Shown one piece after another: positions 8,672-18,907 of a stretch of DNA of 64,000 nucleotides. The stretch is from a virus (taxonomy: Duplodnaviria > Caudoviricetes). The first letter of the stretch is position 1. Each line of letters starts with the position of its first letter. The notes under the pieces were generated by a model, which had not been told where the DNA came from, made no database searches, and saw only the letters and a list, made by a program, of their open reading frames with translations. The stretch is taken from IMG/VR virus record IMGVR_UViG_2863231158_000001. One strand, 5' to 3'. The position numbers were made by a program, and so were the translations under genes.

Positions 8672-11600
8672 GTGGCGTTCCCCAGCACCCCGCTGGACAT
8701 CCGCACCGACCTCCAGCTGGCCGGTGTGTGGACCAACATCTCGGGCGACGTCTACGTGCGCGACCCGAAGATCATCGACGTGGGCCGCCGGGACCAGGGC
8801 ACGCGCACCGACCCCGGCAGCCTGTCCCTGACCATCAACAACGCGGGCGGCAAGTACTCGCCGAGGAACCCCGTCAGCCCGCTGTACGGGCTGATCGGCC
8901 GCAACAGCCGCGTGCGCGTGTCCGTGCCCGGCACCGTCCGCTACCTCGACCTCACCGGCGCCTCCGACTCCTACGCCTCCACCCCCGACGCGGCGCCGCT
9001 GGACATCACCGGCGACCTCGACGTGCGCTGGGAAGGGGAAGCGTCCTGGTACGCGGCGGGCGCCCGCACCCTGATCGGCAAGTGGGAGACCACCGGCGAC
9101 CAGCGGTCGTACCTGATGCGGATCCAGGACGGCCAGCTGTACCTCAGCTACTCGACGGACGGCACCGCGGCGCAGGCCTTCGCCCACTTCCGCCCCCTGC
9201 CCACCCTGCCCCGCCGCGCGGCCCTGCGCGCCACCCTCGACGTCGACAACGGCACCGGGGGCCGCACCGTCCTCTTCTACTGGGCTCCCTCCCTGGCCGG
9301 GCCGTGGACGCCGTTCGGCACCACCTCCACGCTCACCGGCACCATCACCGTGTTCTCCGGGACGGCGCCGCTCACCGTCGCCCCGACCGACCTCACCGCG
9401 TCCACGCCCCGGCGGCCCCTCGAGGGCCGCGTGTACGGAGCCGAGGTCCGCTCGGGCATCGGCGGCAGCGCCGTGGCGAACCCGGATTTCAGCGCGCAGA
9501 CGGTCGGCGCGACCGGCTTCACCGACGGCGCCGGCCGCGCATGGACGCTCACCGCGGCCGCAGCCATCACCGACCGCGAGCCGCGCTTCGTCGGCGAGAT
9601 CGCCTCATGGCCTACAAAGTGGCAGCCCGACGGCTCCGACGTGTGGACCACCGTCGAAGCCGCGGGCATCCTGCGCCGCTACGGCCAGGGCGCCAAGCCC
9701 CTCGACTCGACGCTGCGGCGCCGGATCCCGTCCGGGGCCCCGATCGCGTACTGGCCGATGGAGGAGGAGCGGGAGGCCACCCGTGCCTACTCGCCCATCA
9801 AGGGCGTGAGTGCGGCGGCCCTGACCGGCGTGGAGTTCGGCGCGGTCGACACGCTGCCCAGTTCGCGCGCGCTGCCCCGGCTGTCCGCGGCCGCCACCCT
9901 GTCCGCGATCGTGCCCACCCACGCCGACCCTGGCCAGTGGCAGGTCGAATTCGTCTACAACGCCGACGACAAGGCCCCGCCGGGCGCCGGGGACTGGGCC
10001 GAGGTCATCGGCGTTTCCACCACCGGCACCGTGCGCCGCTGGGTGATCGGCATGCGCGCGGGTGCCGCCCGCATCTACGGCTTCGACGCGTCCGGCACTG
10101 ACGTCATCTTCCGCAGCGTCGGCCTCGGAAGTGACGTTTTCCATGGCTGGGTGCGCATGCGTTTCTGGGCCAGGGCCAACGGCAGCGCCGTCGACTGGCG
10201 CCTGGACTTCCAGGACGTCGGCGGCGACGCGGGCGGCCTCGGCGACACCCTCGCCGCCGCTACGCCGGGCCGCGTCACCGCCGTCACCGCCACCTGGGGC
10301 GCCCTCACCGAGGGCTGGGCACTCGGGCACCTGTCCGTCCTGCCGACCGCCGCCAACGGGCTCTACACCGGCAGCGACAACGGGTACGCGGGGGAGACCG
10401 CATGGCAGCGGATGCTGCGCCTGGCCAACGAAGAGGGCATTCCTCTCGGCCGGAGTGCGGGCCCGCTCACGCCCGAACGCGTGGGCCCGCAGCGCCCCGA
10501 GACGCTGCTGTCCCTGCTGGAGGCCGCGGCCGAGGTCGACGGCGGCCTCCTCCTCGAGGACCGCGCCCGCGTCGGCCTCGTCTACCGCGACCGCTCCACC
10601 CTCTACACCCAGGACCCCGCGCTCACCCTCGCCTACGACGAGCCCGGCCTGGCCTACCCGCTCGAGCCCGTCGACGACGACGAGGCCACCCGCAACGACC
10701 GCACCATCACCCGCGAAGGCGGATCCTCCGCGCGCGCCGTCCTGGAAGAGGGCCGCCTGTCCGTGCAGGACCCGCCGGACGGCATCGGCCTGTACGACGA
10801 CGCGCAGACGCTCGCGCTGGATGACGACGTGCAGCCCGAGATGCACGCCTTCTGGCAGCTGCACCTGGGCACCTACGACGGCGCCCGCTTCCCCGCGGTG
10901 TCCGTCATGCTCCACAAGGCCCCGGCCCTCATCCCGGCCGTTCTCGCGCTGCGCGAGGGCGACGTGATCCGTCTGACCGGGCTCCCGCCGTGGGTGTCCT
11001 ACGACGACGTCGACCTGATCGTGCAGGGCTGGCACGAAGTGATCGACCTGCACAAGTGGGACATCACGTTCAACTGCTCGCCCGGGGGCCCCTGGAACAC
11101 CGCCGTCGCCGACCACGCGGTGTACGGCAAGGCCGACACGGACGGCTGCGAGCTGCTCGCCGCGGCGACGTCGACGGCGACCGAGCTGGACGTGGTCAGC
11201 GCGGGCCTGCCCTGGACCGAGGACCCGGTCGAGATGCCGATCCTGCTGCGCCTGGGCGGCGAGGTCGTGGAGACGACCGCAGTGGCGCCGCTCGCCGACA
11301 GCTACACGCGCACCGTGTCGAACGGCTGGGGCACCGCGTCCAGCGGCCTGGTGTGGGCCACCGCCGGCGGCGCCGCCTCCGAGCGGTCCGTGGACGGCGC
11401 CCGCGGCGTCGTCACCCTGCCCAGCTCCGTGAGCAGCATCCGCTTCCAGCACCTCGTGCCCGGGGTGCAGGACTGCGAGGTGCGGTGCCGGATGCAGGCC
11501 GGGCAGGTGTCGACCGGCGCGAGCATCGTCCCCGCGGTCCTGCTCCGCTACGTCAACACCTCGACGTACTACCGGGCCCGGCTGCACTTCGCCGTGGGCG

Positions 11601-11998
11601 GCGAAGTTTTCCTGTCTGTCACCCGCGACACCACGCAGGTCGGCGGCACCCCGCAGCTGTCCGGCGTCACGTACACGCCGTCCGATGAGTTCGAGCTGCG
11701 TGTGCGCCTGGAGGGCCACCGGATCCTGATGCGCGCGTGGAAGGTGGGCGCCGCCGAGCCGAGTGAGTGGCAGCACGACGTGACGATCACCTCGAACACG
11801 ATCGCGGAAGGCGCCGTGGGCCTGTCCTGCTCCGGGTTCGCGGGCAACACGAACACCTCGCCCCTCGTGCGCTTCGACGCCTTCGAGGTGGTCGGCGGTC
11901 AGCGCCTGACCGTCACCCGTTCCGTCAACCGCGTCGTGAAGGCGCACGCCGTCGGCACCGCCGTGCGGCTGGCCCATCCCGCGATCGCGTCCCTGTAG
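8672..11998 (+). CDS. Large minor tail/baseplate protein (~1108 aa)
   Basis: GTG after AAGGAGG RBS within ORF 6518..11998; LSLTINNAGGKYSPRNP and PIAYWPM motifs; beta-rich lectin-like inserts. Confidence 0.8.
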   Translation: MAFPSTPLDIRTDLQLAGVWTNISGDVYVRDPKIIDVGRRDQGTRTDPGSLSLTINNAGGKYSPRNPVSPLYGLIGRNSRVRVSVPGTVRYLDLTGASDSYASTPDAAPLDITGDLDVRWEGEASWYAAGARTLIGKWETTGDQRSYLMRIQDGQLYLSYSTDGTAAQAFAHFRPLPTLPRRAALRATLDVDNGTGGRTVLFYWAPSLAGPWTPFGTTSTLTGTITVFSGTAPLTVAPTDLTASTPRRPLEGRVYGAEVRSGIGGSAVANPDFSAQTVGATGFTDGAGRAWTLTAAAAITDREPRFVGEIASWPTKWQPDGSDVWTTVEAAGILRRYGQGAKPLDSTLRRRIPSGAPIAYWPMEEEREATRAYSPIKGVSAAALTGVEFGAVDTLPSSRALPRLSAAATLSAIVPTHADPGQWQVEFVYNADDKAPPGAGDWAEVIGVSTTGTVRRWVIGMRAGAARIYGFDASGTDVIFRSVGLGSDVFHGWVRMRFWARANGSAVDWRLDFQDVGGDAGGLGDTLAAATPGRVTAVTATWGALTEGWALGHLSVLPTAANGLYTGSDNGYAGETAWQRMLRLANEEGIPLGRSAGPLTPERVGPQRPETLLSLLEAAAEVDGGLLLEDRARVGLVYRDRSTLYTQDPALTLAYDEPGLAYPLEPVDDDEATRNDRTITREGGSSARAVLEEGRLSVQDPPDGIGLYDDAQTLALDDDVQPEMHAFWQLHLGTYDGARFPAVSVMLHKAPALIPAVLALREGDVIRLTGLPPWVSYDDVDLIVQGWHEVIDLHKWDITFNCSPGGPWNTAVADHAVYGKADTDGCELLAAATSTATELDVVSAGLPWTEDPVEMPILLRLGGEVVETTAVAPLADSYTRTVSNGWGTASSGLVWATAGGAASERSVDGARGVVTLPSSVSSIRFQHLVPGVQDCEVRCRMQAGQVSTGASIVPAVLLRYVNTSTYYRARLHFAVGGEVFLSVTRDTTQVGGTPQLSGVTYTPSDEFELRVRLEGHRILMRAWKVGAAEPSEWQHDVTITSNTIAEGAVGLSCSGFAGNTNTSPLVRFDAFEVVGGQRLTVTRSVNRVVKAHAVGTAVRLAHPAIASL

Positions 11999-12010
11999 GA
12001 GGAGGTCCTC

Positions 12011-13624
12011 GTGGCGACACCTGTCGAGCAGTGGCTGCCGGGCATGGACGTGACCGCGGGCCGCCTGGAGTCCATGAACCAGCGCTCGTCGTTCATGGTC
12101 ACCAACTTCGGGGCGGACTCCTCCGGCAGCACGAACGCGGCGCCGGGTATCCAGATCGCCCTGGATCTGGCGCGCGACCTCGGCGGCGCGCAGGTGTACG
12201 TGCCACCTGGGGTGTACCTGATCGGCGCCACCCTGCGGATCTACAACAACACTCGGTTGACGCTCATGGCCGGGGCCGAGTTTCGGCGGAACTTCGCCGG
12301 AACGATGATCATCAACGGGGACGCCGGGCAGGCCTTCGGCGGCTACACCGGCCATTCCCGGATCACCATCGAGGGCGGCCTGTGGAACATGAGGGGCACG
12401 ACCGTCGGGCTCACCGGCAGCGCCATGTGCATCTCCATCGGCCACGCCACCGACATCGTCATCCAGGACCTGGAGATCCGGGACGTGCCGGGCTTCCACG
12501 CCGTCGAGCTGAACAGCACCAGCCACGGTGTGATCAGGAACTGCAAGTTCCGGGGCTACATCGACCCTGGCGGCCGGGACTTCAGCGAGGCCGTCCAGAT
12601 TGACTTGGCCAAGAGCGTTGGGGTCTTCGGCGGCTTCGGGCCCTACGACCACACGCCGTGCGAGGACGTGCTGGTCATGGGCTGCCACGTCGGCGCCTCC
12701 GGCACCGCGGGCACGACCGCCTGGCCGCGCGGCGTGGGCAGCCACAGCGCGACGATCACGAAGTTCCACCGGCGCATCCGCATCCTCGGGTGCAGCTTCG
12801 AGGGCCTCCTCCAGTACGCCGTGTCCGCGTACAACTGGGAAGACGTCACCGTCACCGCCAACACGTTCGTAACCTGCGGCTCCGGGGTGCGGCTGCGCAC
12901 CGTCATCGCCTCCGACCCCGAGGACACCAAGGACCCGTCCGGCACGCCGACCGGCGGCAGCCAGAACATGCGCAACCTCACCGTCGTCGGCAACACCTTC
13001 CGCGACGGGCAGGGCTACGACGAGCCGATCGTGGCCCTCGGCGAGACCACCGGCACCGTCCTGAACGTGTCGATCTGCGGCAACGTCATCGACGGCTCGA
13101 CGTCCGGGCAGAACGGCATCCGCCTCCAGGAGTGCAGCCGCATCACGGTCGGCGACAACTCGATCAACAACATCAACGGCAGCGGCATCAGCACGGAGGA
13201 CTGCAACACGCTGACGATCACCGGCAACAACATCTACAACTGCGCCGGTCACGGCATCACGATCATCGACAACAGCAACTCCAACGTCGTCGGCAACCAG
13301 GTCCGCGAGCCCGGCAACAACGGCATCCTCGTGCAGTCCAGCACCTTCGTGCACCTGCGGGAGAACTTCATCCGATCGCCCGGCCGGGCCACCAACAACA
13401 CGTACTACGGCATCCGCCTGTCCACCAACGCGGACAGCATCAACATGTCCGGCAACAAGGTCCGCCCGCACGGCTCGGGCAACGAAGCCGCCTACGCGTT
13501 CGCCGCCACGAACACCGTGACCACGCTGTCCCGCTTCGGCAACGACTGGCGCGGCACCTACGCGGCCGGCCAGATGCAGGACCTGTCCGTCACGCCGAAC
13601 ACGTCGGCCACCGACCTCACTTGA
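12011..13624 (+). CDS. Right-handed beta-helix tailspike / polysaccharide depolymerase-like
   Basis: VTNFGADSSG..IQIALD..VYVPPGVYLI pectate-lyase-3-like start and many (I/V)xGNxI repeats. Confidence 0.85.
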   Translation: MATPVEQWLPGMDVTAGRLESMNQRSSFMVTNFGADSSGSTNAAPGIQIALDLARDLGGAQVYVPPGVYLIGATLRIYNNTRLTLMAGAEFRRNFAGTMIINGDAGQAFGGYTGHSRITIEGGLWNMRGTTVGLTGSAMCISIGHATDIVIQDLEIRDVPGFHAVELNSTSHGVIRNCKFRGYIDPGGRDFSEAVQIDLAKSVGVFGGFGPYDHTPCEDVLVMGCHVGASGTAGTTAWPRGVGSHSATITKFHRRIRILGCSFEGLLQYAVSAYNWEDVTVTANTFVTCGSGVRLRTVIASDPEDTKDPSGTPTGGSQNMRNLTVVGNTFRDGQGYDEPIVALGETTGTVLNVSICGNVIDGSTSGQNGIRLQECSRITVGDNSINNINGSGISTEDCNTLTITGNNIYNCAGHGITIIDNSNSNVVGNQVREPGNNGILVQSSTFVHLRENFIRSPGRATNNTYYGIRLSTNADSINMSGNKVRPHGSGNEAAYAFAATNTVTTLSRFGNDWRGTYAAGQMQDLSVTPNTSATDLT

Positions 13625-13675
13625 CCCGCCGCCCCGCGCCCGAACGGCCGGGGCATTCCTGTGCCTGGAGGCCCC

Positions 13676-14389
13676 ATGGCCGCACCCCTGTCCGCTTCCC
13701 GCCTCCTCGACGCGCTGCGCGCTGAGGGTGTGCGCGTCGTCGAGGTCGGCGACTGGCGTACGCACAACCGCAATTCGAAGGGCCCGTGGGGTCCGGTGCA
13801 CGGCGTGATGATCCACCACACCGTGACCAAGGGGTCCGCCACCACGGTCCGGATCTGCCGCGACGGATACGCGGGCCTGCCGGGCCCGCTGTGCCACGGC
13901 GTCATCACCAAGGACGGCCGCGTGCACCTCGTCGGCTACGGCCGAGCGAATCACGCCGGGCTCGGCGACGACGACGTGCTCCAGGCCGTCATCGCTGAGC
14001 GCACGCTGCCCGCCGACAACGAGGCCAACACGGACGGCAACCGGCACTTCTACGGATTCGAGTGCGAGAACTTCGGCGACGGCGAGGACCCGTGGCCTGC
14101 CGCGCAGGTGGAGGCGGTCGTCCGCGCCTCGGCCGCGCTCTGCCGCGCGCACGGCTGGGGCACCGACGGGCCCACCTCCGTGATCGGACATGCCGAGTGG
14201 CAGCCCGGCAAGCAGGATCCGCGCGGCCCCGGCATCACCATGGCCGCCGTCCGGGCCCGCGTCGCCGAACGCCTCCGCCACCCCGCCTCGTGGTCGCCCG
14301 GCACGACCACGCCGACCCCGAAGCCGCCCACTGTCGAGGAGCGGCTGACCGCTCTGGAGAAGCGCGTCAACGCGCTGGAGAGGAACTGA
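13676..14389 (+). CDS. Endolysin, N-acetylmuramoyl-L-alanine amidase
   Basis: MIHHT, RANHAG, GFECEN, VIGHAEW..KQDP Zn-amidase motifs. Confidence 0.9.
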   Translation: MAAPLSASRLLDALRAEGVRVVEVGDWRTHNRNSKGPWGPVHGVMIHHTVTKGSATTVRICRDGYAGLPGPLCHGVITKDGRVHLVGYGRANHAGLGDDDVLQAVIAERTLPADNEANTDGNRHFYGFECENFGDGEDPWPAAQVEAVVRASAALCRAHGWGTDGPTSVIGHAEWQPGKQDPRGPGITMAAVRARVAERLRHPASWSPGTTTPTPKPPTVEERLTALEKRVNALERN

Positions 14390-14391
14390 CC

Positions 14392-14646
14392 ATGGGAACT
14401 GGCGCTTTCTGGAAGGCCACCGCCGAGCGGGCCGCGCGTACCTTCGCGCAGTCCGTGCTCGCGCTCATCACCGGTGACGGCCTCGGCGTCCTCGACGTCG
14501 ACTGGGGCCAGGCCGCCAGCATCGGGGGCCTGGCGGCGATCGCCGCGGTGCTCACCGGGATCGTCACCAGCGGCGGCCCGGTCGGGCCCGGGCTGACGGA
14601 GACCGTGGCCACCGCGGACACCCCGCGCAGGCCGACCTCGATCTGA
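14392..14646 (+). CDS. Holin (r1t-like)
   Basis: FWKATAERAARTFAQ motif and two hydrophobic segments; follows the endolysin. Confidence 0.85.
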   Translation: MGTGAFWKATAERAARTFAQSVLALITGDGLGVLDVDWGQAASIGGLAAIAAVLTGIVTSGGPVGPGLTETVATADTPRRPTSI

Positions 14647-14662
14647 CCGTGGGAGGGCCGGC

Positions 14663-14971
14663 GTGGCTGACGAGCCGACGATCGGGGAAGTCGTCCGCCG
14701 CCTGGAGGACGTCCGCCAGGACCTGAAGGAGGACATCCACGGAGTCGTCGCGCTCGTCAACCAGAAGGTCGACGGAGAGATCTTGCGCCTCGGCCAGCAG
14801 GCCCAAGACGAGCGGCACACCGCCCTCGTCGACCGCGTCGCCAAGCTGGAGCAGCAGGCCGCGGAGAGGGAACGTCAGCGCATCGCCGACCGGCGCCTGA
14901 TCTTCTTCTCCCTTGTCGTGCCCGTGCTGCTGCTGGCGATCCAGCTGTACAACGCCAACCGGGGGGCGTGA
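14663..14971 (+). CDS. Coiled-coil membrane protein of the lysis cassette
   Basis: Coiled coil plus C-terminal TM segment [15 protein letters not shown]. Confidence 0.7.
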   Translation: MADEPTIGEVVRRLEDVRQDLKEDIHGVVALVNQKVDGEILRLGQQAQDERHTALVDRVAKLEQQAAERERQRIADRRLIFFSLVVPVLLLAIQLYNANRGA

Positions 14972-15609
14972 TGCACAAGGTGCCCCGCCGCGACCCCGTG
15001 GCGCTCATCCTCGGCCTGCTCCTGGCCGCGCTCGTGGCGTACATCTGGTGGCAGACCGCCGAGTTGTCCCGGGACCTGCGCACCGCCAATGCCGCACGGG
15101 ACGCCCTCGCGCGGCAGGTACAGGGCCTGGGTGAGAAGCCGGTGGCTGGGCCGCCCGGGAGCCGCGGTGAGCCGGGCCGGAGCGTGACCGGGCCGCGCGG
15201 CCCCAGCGGTCCGGCGGGCGAGCCCGGCGAGGCGGGCCCGTCCGGGCAGCCGGGGAGCGCGGGCAAGGACGGCAAGGCGGGCGCCACGGGCCGGGACGGC
15301 GAGGACGGTGCCGCCGGAGGACCGGGCCCGAGCGGCGCCCCGGGAGCGCCCGGGGCCGACGGCGCCGCAGGCCCGCCCGGGCCGCAGGGCGAACCGGGGC
15401 CAGCTGGCGCGCGCGGCGAGCCAGGGCCACCCGGCGAGCCCGGCCGGGACGGGCAGGTCTGCCCGGACGGATACAGCCTCCAGCCACCGCCCGACGACCC
15501 CGACGCCCTCGTGTGCCGACGCGACGGCGCACCGAGTCCCGCACCTACCCCCGAGCGGCGCGGCCCGCAGGCCGCCGCGCTCGACCCCACCCGACGCCAG
15601 TACGCGTGA
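14968..15609 (+). CDS. Membrane-anchored collagen-like (Gly-X-Y) protein
   Basis: N-terminal TM, long GXY run, C-terminal Cys pair (CPDGY..LVC). Confidence 0.8.
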   Translation: MMHKVPRRDPVALILGLLLAALVAYIWWQTAELSRDLRTANAARDALARQVQGLGEKPVAGPPGSRGEPGRSVTGPRGPSGPAGEPGEAGPSGQPGSAGKDGKAGATGRDGEDGAAGGPGPSGAPGAPGADGAAGPPGPQGEPGPAGARGEPGPPGEPGRDGQVCPDGYSLQPPPDDPDALVCRRDGAPSPAPTPERRGPQAAALDPTRRQYA

Positions 15610-15612
15610 ACG

Positions 15613-15652
15613 CGCCCCGGCCCCCGCCTTCGTGGCGGGGGCCGGGGCGCTT
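15613..15652 (+). terminator. GC-rich hairpin closing the prophage A late operon
   Basis: CGCCCCGGCCCCCGCC-TTCGT-GGCGGGGGCCGGGGCG perfect inverted repeat. Confidence 0.75.
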
Positions 15653-15745
15653 CGTCATGCACGAGAGTGGGCGATCCGCGCCCCCATGCCCACGCCGCCT
15701 GACAGCAGTACCGTGGACGCACATGACCTTCTGGCGGGGGTACGC

Positions 15746-16966
15746 ATGAACGCAACCATCGGCGACCGCATCAGGCACCTGCGGGAGTTCCGCGACATCA
15801 CCCAGGAAGAACTCGCCTCACACGCTCATGTCAGCGTCGACACGATCCGCAAGTTGGAGCAGAACCGGAGGCAGTCGGCGCGCATCGACACCCTCCGCGC
15901 ACTCGCGCGCGCTCTCGACGTGGAACTCGAACGCCTGCTAGGACAACCCACCGTGACGCAGCAACTTTCGTCAGACGACGGTGGCCTTCTTGCACTGCGC
16001 GACGCGATCCAAGACGTCGGCGCCCTACCGGGCGTTCTCGTCGAGCAGGACGTAGAGGACCCGCCCGCGCCCGATGCGTGGATGGAGGAGGTGAAGGCCG
16101 CGACGTCCCTGTACTGGGAGGGGAACTACGCGGAACTCTCCAGCGTGACGCCGCTTCTGCTGCGCGACGGCCGGGCGGTGGCCCGTGAAGCCCAAGGCTC
16201 GATCGCTGAACGCGTGTGGCGGCAGCTCGGCTTGGCCTACCAACTGGCGGCATCTCTGGCCACGCAGAGCGGCCATCCGGACTGGGCGTTCGCCGCCGTC
16301 GAGAAGCAGCTGGCGGCCGCGCAGAAGGCCAGCGACCCCCTCCTGGAGGGGATGGGCGTTTCCACCTTGTCGTGGGTCCTGCTGCGGCAGGGCCGCTGGG
16401 AGCATGCGCAGAGTGTGGCCGAGCAGAAGGCAGACGCGCTGGAGCCCCGGTCCATGCGCCGGGCCCGGCCGGCGGAACTCGCGGTGCATGGCAACTTGCT
16501 GCTCGCCGCCGCCACACCGGCCGCCCGGCGGGACCGCAGAAGCGAGGCGAGGAACCTGCTGAACCTGGCCGAGGTCTCGGCCACCCGCTCTGGCCCTGTG
16601 CGTGCCTATGGGTCCGCGTTCTCCGTCATGGATGTGAAGACGCAGCAGGTGAACATCGCCCTCGCGGGCCGGAACAGCGAACCCGATGAGGCTCTCACCC
16701 TGGCAGGCAGCGTCGACCTGGCCGCGATCGAACGGCCCGTACACGCCGCCTCTCACCGCCTTGACGTGGCCCATGCCCGCTACCAGACCGGGGACGCTGA
16801 CGGCGCCCTGGTGGATCTGCTGGACATTGAGGAGGACCAGCCGCAGTGGATCCGATACCAGACGCTCGCAGCCGCGACGGTGCGGGAGATGCTAGAGGCG
16901 GAGCGGCGCCGGAACACCGAGCTGCGTGGACTCGCTGCTCGGCTCGGCGTCGACCCCACCTTGTGA
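15746..16966 (+). CDS. XRE-family HTH regulator with long helical C-terminal domain
   Basis: IGDRIRHLREFRDITQEELASHAHVSVDTIRKLEQ HTH; ATG chosen within ORF 15308..16966. Confidence 0.85.
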   Translation: MNATIGDRIRHLREFRDITQEELASHAHVSVDTIRKLEQNRRQSARIDTLRALARALDVELERLLGQPTVTQQLSSDDGGLLALRDAIQDVGALPGVLVEQDVEDPPAPDAWMEEVKAATSLYWEGNYAELSSVTPLLLRDGRAVAREAQGSIAERVWRQLGLAYQLAASLATQSGHPDWAFAAVEKQLAAAQKASDPLLEGMGVSTLSWVLLRQGRWEHAQSVAEQKADALEPRSMRRARPAELAVHGNLLLAAATPAARRDRRSEARNLLNLAEVSATRSGPVRAYGSAFSVMDVKTQQVNIALAGRNSEPDEALTLAGSVDLAAIERPVHAASHRLDVAHARYQTGDADGALVDLLDIEEDQPQWIRYQTLAAATVREMLEAERRRNTELRGLAARLGVDPTL

Positions 16967-17137
16967 GCCGGTAGGACAACGCGTCCTAGTTCAGGGAAAA
17001 TTGACGCCGCGACTGGTGGCTTCTGTCACTGGGCTGTGACGGCACGCATTCATAGCGTGACACCCGTCACATGGTGCCGCCCCTTACCCCCGCCAAGGTC
17101 GGGGCGGCACCACCGCCCATCGACTGGGGAGTCCGTT

Positions 17138-17602
17138 GTGGACGCCAACCTACAGAGAGCCGTATCGCAGTGGCTGGCCGAGGCCGACCCTCGACCGGGC
17201 AAAGTGTGGGCGGAGTGGGAGAAGCACGGCATAGCGCTGCTCCCGCTCGGCCGCCGCTTCGACGCGATCCGCGTCCCCGCCGAGCGCATCCACGCCGCGG
17301 CGGACAGCGACAAACCAGAGGTCGTCGCCACCGTCCTGCACGCCTGGATCGATGGCCCGGTGTTCCGGGACTTCCGCAGCAGTATGGGCCCGTACTACGT
17401 GCTCATCTCGACTGGGGCCGACTGGGATGGCCCCGACGAGCGCCTCACCACCGACACGTACCTCGGCGTTCCCCGCCCTGGCCACTCGACGATGCTCTCC
17501 CGCTGGGTCGTCCTGCCCTCGCACCCGGGTGCCCTGTGCGACACCCGGCACGTCCAGACGCTGCTGGCCACGGCCACTCCGATCAGGACGGTGGGCCAAT
17601 GA
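17138..17602 (+). CDS. Hypothetical protein
   Basis: GTG after GGGGAG RBS; LLPLGRRFDAIRVP motif typical of actinomycete mobile-element ORFs (recalled, not searched). Confidence 0.6.
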   Translation: MDANLQRAVSQWLAEADPRPGKVWAEWEKHGIALLPLGRRFDAIRVPAERIHAAADSDKPEVVATVLHAWIDGPVFRDFRSSMGPYYVLISTGADWDGPDERLTTDTYLGVPRPGHSTMLSRWVVLPSHPGALCDTRHVQTLLATATPIRTVGQ

Positions 17603-17823
17603 TGACCGCCGACCACAACGACTACGTGGACGACTATGAGTTCCCGGACCTGTACAGGCCCTACCGCGAGCACCTCGACACCTGCCCCGGTATCCACACC
17701 GGCCTCCTTGCGAACTGCGTCGAAGGCGCCCGCCTCGCCGCCGCCTGGCTGAACGAGGACTGGCCCGGCTACGGAGCCGCCGGAACCATCGAGCACTTCC
17801 GGGGAGTACGCGTTCATGCGTGA
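17599..17823 (+). CDS. Small hypothetical protein
   Basis: ATGA coupling with the upstream gene; C-terminal part of ORF 17071..17823. Confidence 0.5.
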   Translation: MMTADHNDYVDDYEFPDLYRPYREHLDTCPGIHTGLLANCVEGARLAAAWLNEDWPGYGAAGTIEHFRGVRVHA

Positions 17824-18268
17824 CGTGACCGAACCCCTGCGCCTGTTCGTCGTACCCCCGCTGAGCTCCCTCGCCCCGGAGCAGCGGGCCGGTGCCGTGT
17901 GCGTGTGGTGCCCGCGGGCGCTCCCGCCCGGCGAGGGCGTCGACCTCGGCACCATCGGCACCTCACGGCTACGCGCCTGCTCCGCCTGCCACCTTTTGCA
18001 GAGCCGCGCCCTGCGGACATACCTCGACTGGTACGACCACGGCATCGACTGCCTGCGCTGCCCCCTCGGGCCCTGCGAGCAGGCACGCGTCTTGCGGGAG
18101 GGGCACCTTGACGCGCGGCAGCGGGCCGGGAAGCCGCCGCTGTGGTGCGTGCACTGCCGGACCACCATCGAGCCCGGCTTCGAGGCCCGCCCGCACCTGT
18201 GGCAGGGCCTGAGCGGCCCGGTGTACTCCTACGTCCACGCCCGCAGGTGCCCGACGAACGCCCCGTAG
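17816..18268 (+). CDS. Cys-rich (multiple CxxC) hypothetical protein
   Basis: CVWC, CSAC, CLRC and CVHC motifs; overlaps the previous stop. Confidence 0.6.
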   Translation: MRDVTEPLRLFVVPPLSSLAPEQRAGAVCVWCPRALPPGEGVDLGTIGTSRLRACSACHLLQSRALRTYLDWYDHGIDCLRCPLGPCEQARVLREGHLDARQRAGKPPLWCVHCRTTIEPGFEARPHLWQGLSGPVYSYVHARRCPTNAP

Positions 18269-18409
18269 GCCCCGCCCGCCCTGCACCCCCCAGGTCACGG
18301 CGGCGAGCGGGTACAGCAGCCCCGGCCAGTGCATGTCTCCCGGCCGGGGCTGCGGCGCGTCTTGATCGATTGCACTTCGGTTGAGCGTCGGCTGAGCTAA
18401 CGATCACCG

Positions 18410-18436
18410 GCCGGATCCTCACAACGAGGATCCGGC
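18410..18436. terminator. Perfect 11-bp hairpin downstream of tRNA(CAT)
   Basis: GCCGGATCCTC-ACAAC-GAGGATCCGGC. Confidence 0.6.
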
Positions 18437-18491
18437 AACGCGGTGCAGTGTTGACGCAGGTGGAATCGTTCCTGCTTCTCGGGCACCTGAG

Positions 18492-18565
18492 TGGGGCGGG
18501 TGGGACTCGAACCCACGGCCGACGGATTATGAGTCCGCTGCTCTAACCGGCTGAGCTACCGCCCC
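18492..18565 (-). tRNA. tRNA with CAT anticodon, most likely Ile2 (lysidine) rather than Met
   Basis: Reverse complement GGGGCGGTAGCTCAGCCGGTTAGAGCAGCGGACTCATAATCCGTCGGCCGTGGGTTCGAGTCCCACCCGCCCCA folds as a cloverleaf; loop CTCATAA; CCA not encoded. Confidence 0.93.
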
Positions 18566-18829
18566 TAACGGCGCGTCGCGCACATTTGTGCGCGCCGTCT
18601 GCCGCAGCATAGCCGCTCATACGATCTCCTGCTTCGGCTGGTCGGCATCGCACGACCATGAGGACCCCGCCGCGGCCCGCGCGGTTCCACCAGGGGTGGA
18701 GTGAGTTCGCGCGGGCGGGCCTGGAGGGCCCGGCCGAGGGGGCGTTGGGGAGCGGCACAGGGGGCGGCTCCGGCACGCGCGAGGACCCCTGGGCGCCGTG
18801 GTGGTGCCTCAGGGGTCCTCGTCGTACAG

Positions 18830-18902
18830 CTCTCCCGACTGGACTCGAACCAGTAACCTGCCGGTTAACAGCCGGCTGCTCTGCCAATTGAGCTACAGGA
18901 GA
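18830..18902 (-). tRNA. tRNA-Asn(GTT)
   Basis: Cloverleaf TCTCCTGTAGCTCAATTGGCAGAGC..CTGTTAA..GGTTCGAGTCC..GGGAGAG. Confidence 0.95.
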
Positions 18903-18907
18903 CCGAG

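Larger units (their letters stand above)
1..18491 (+). mobile_element. Prophage A (siphovirus-type), right portion; left end and integrase outside window
   Basis: Contiguous co-oriented head, tail and lysis genes (1-15609), then an accessory regulator module, ending next to the 3' end of a tRNA gene. The boundary is inferred; the second att copy is not in the window. Confidence 0.9.

Noticed and set aside
6518-11998. Single 1826-aa giant protein
   Set aside because: The first ~718 codons are an off-frame shadow of the tape measure gene; the real start is GTG 8672 after a strong RBS.
9605-14281. 1558-aa minus-strand ORF (also 729..2783, 19451..22981, 22828..26286)
   Set aside because: Antisense or off-frame shadows of well-supported genes, expected in high-GC DNA; no recognisable motifs.
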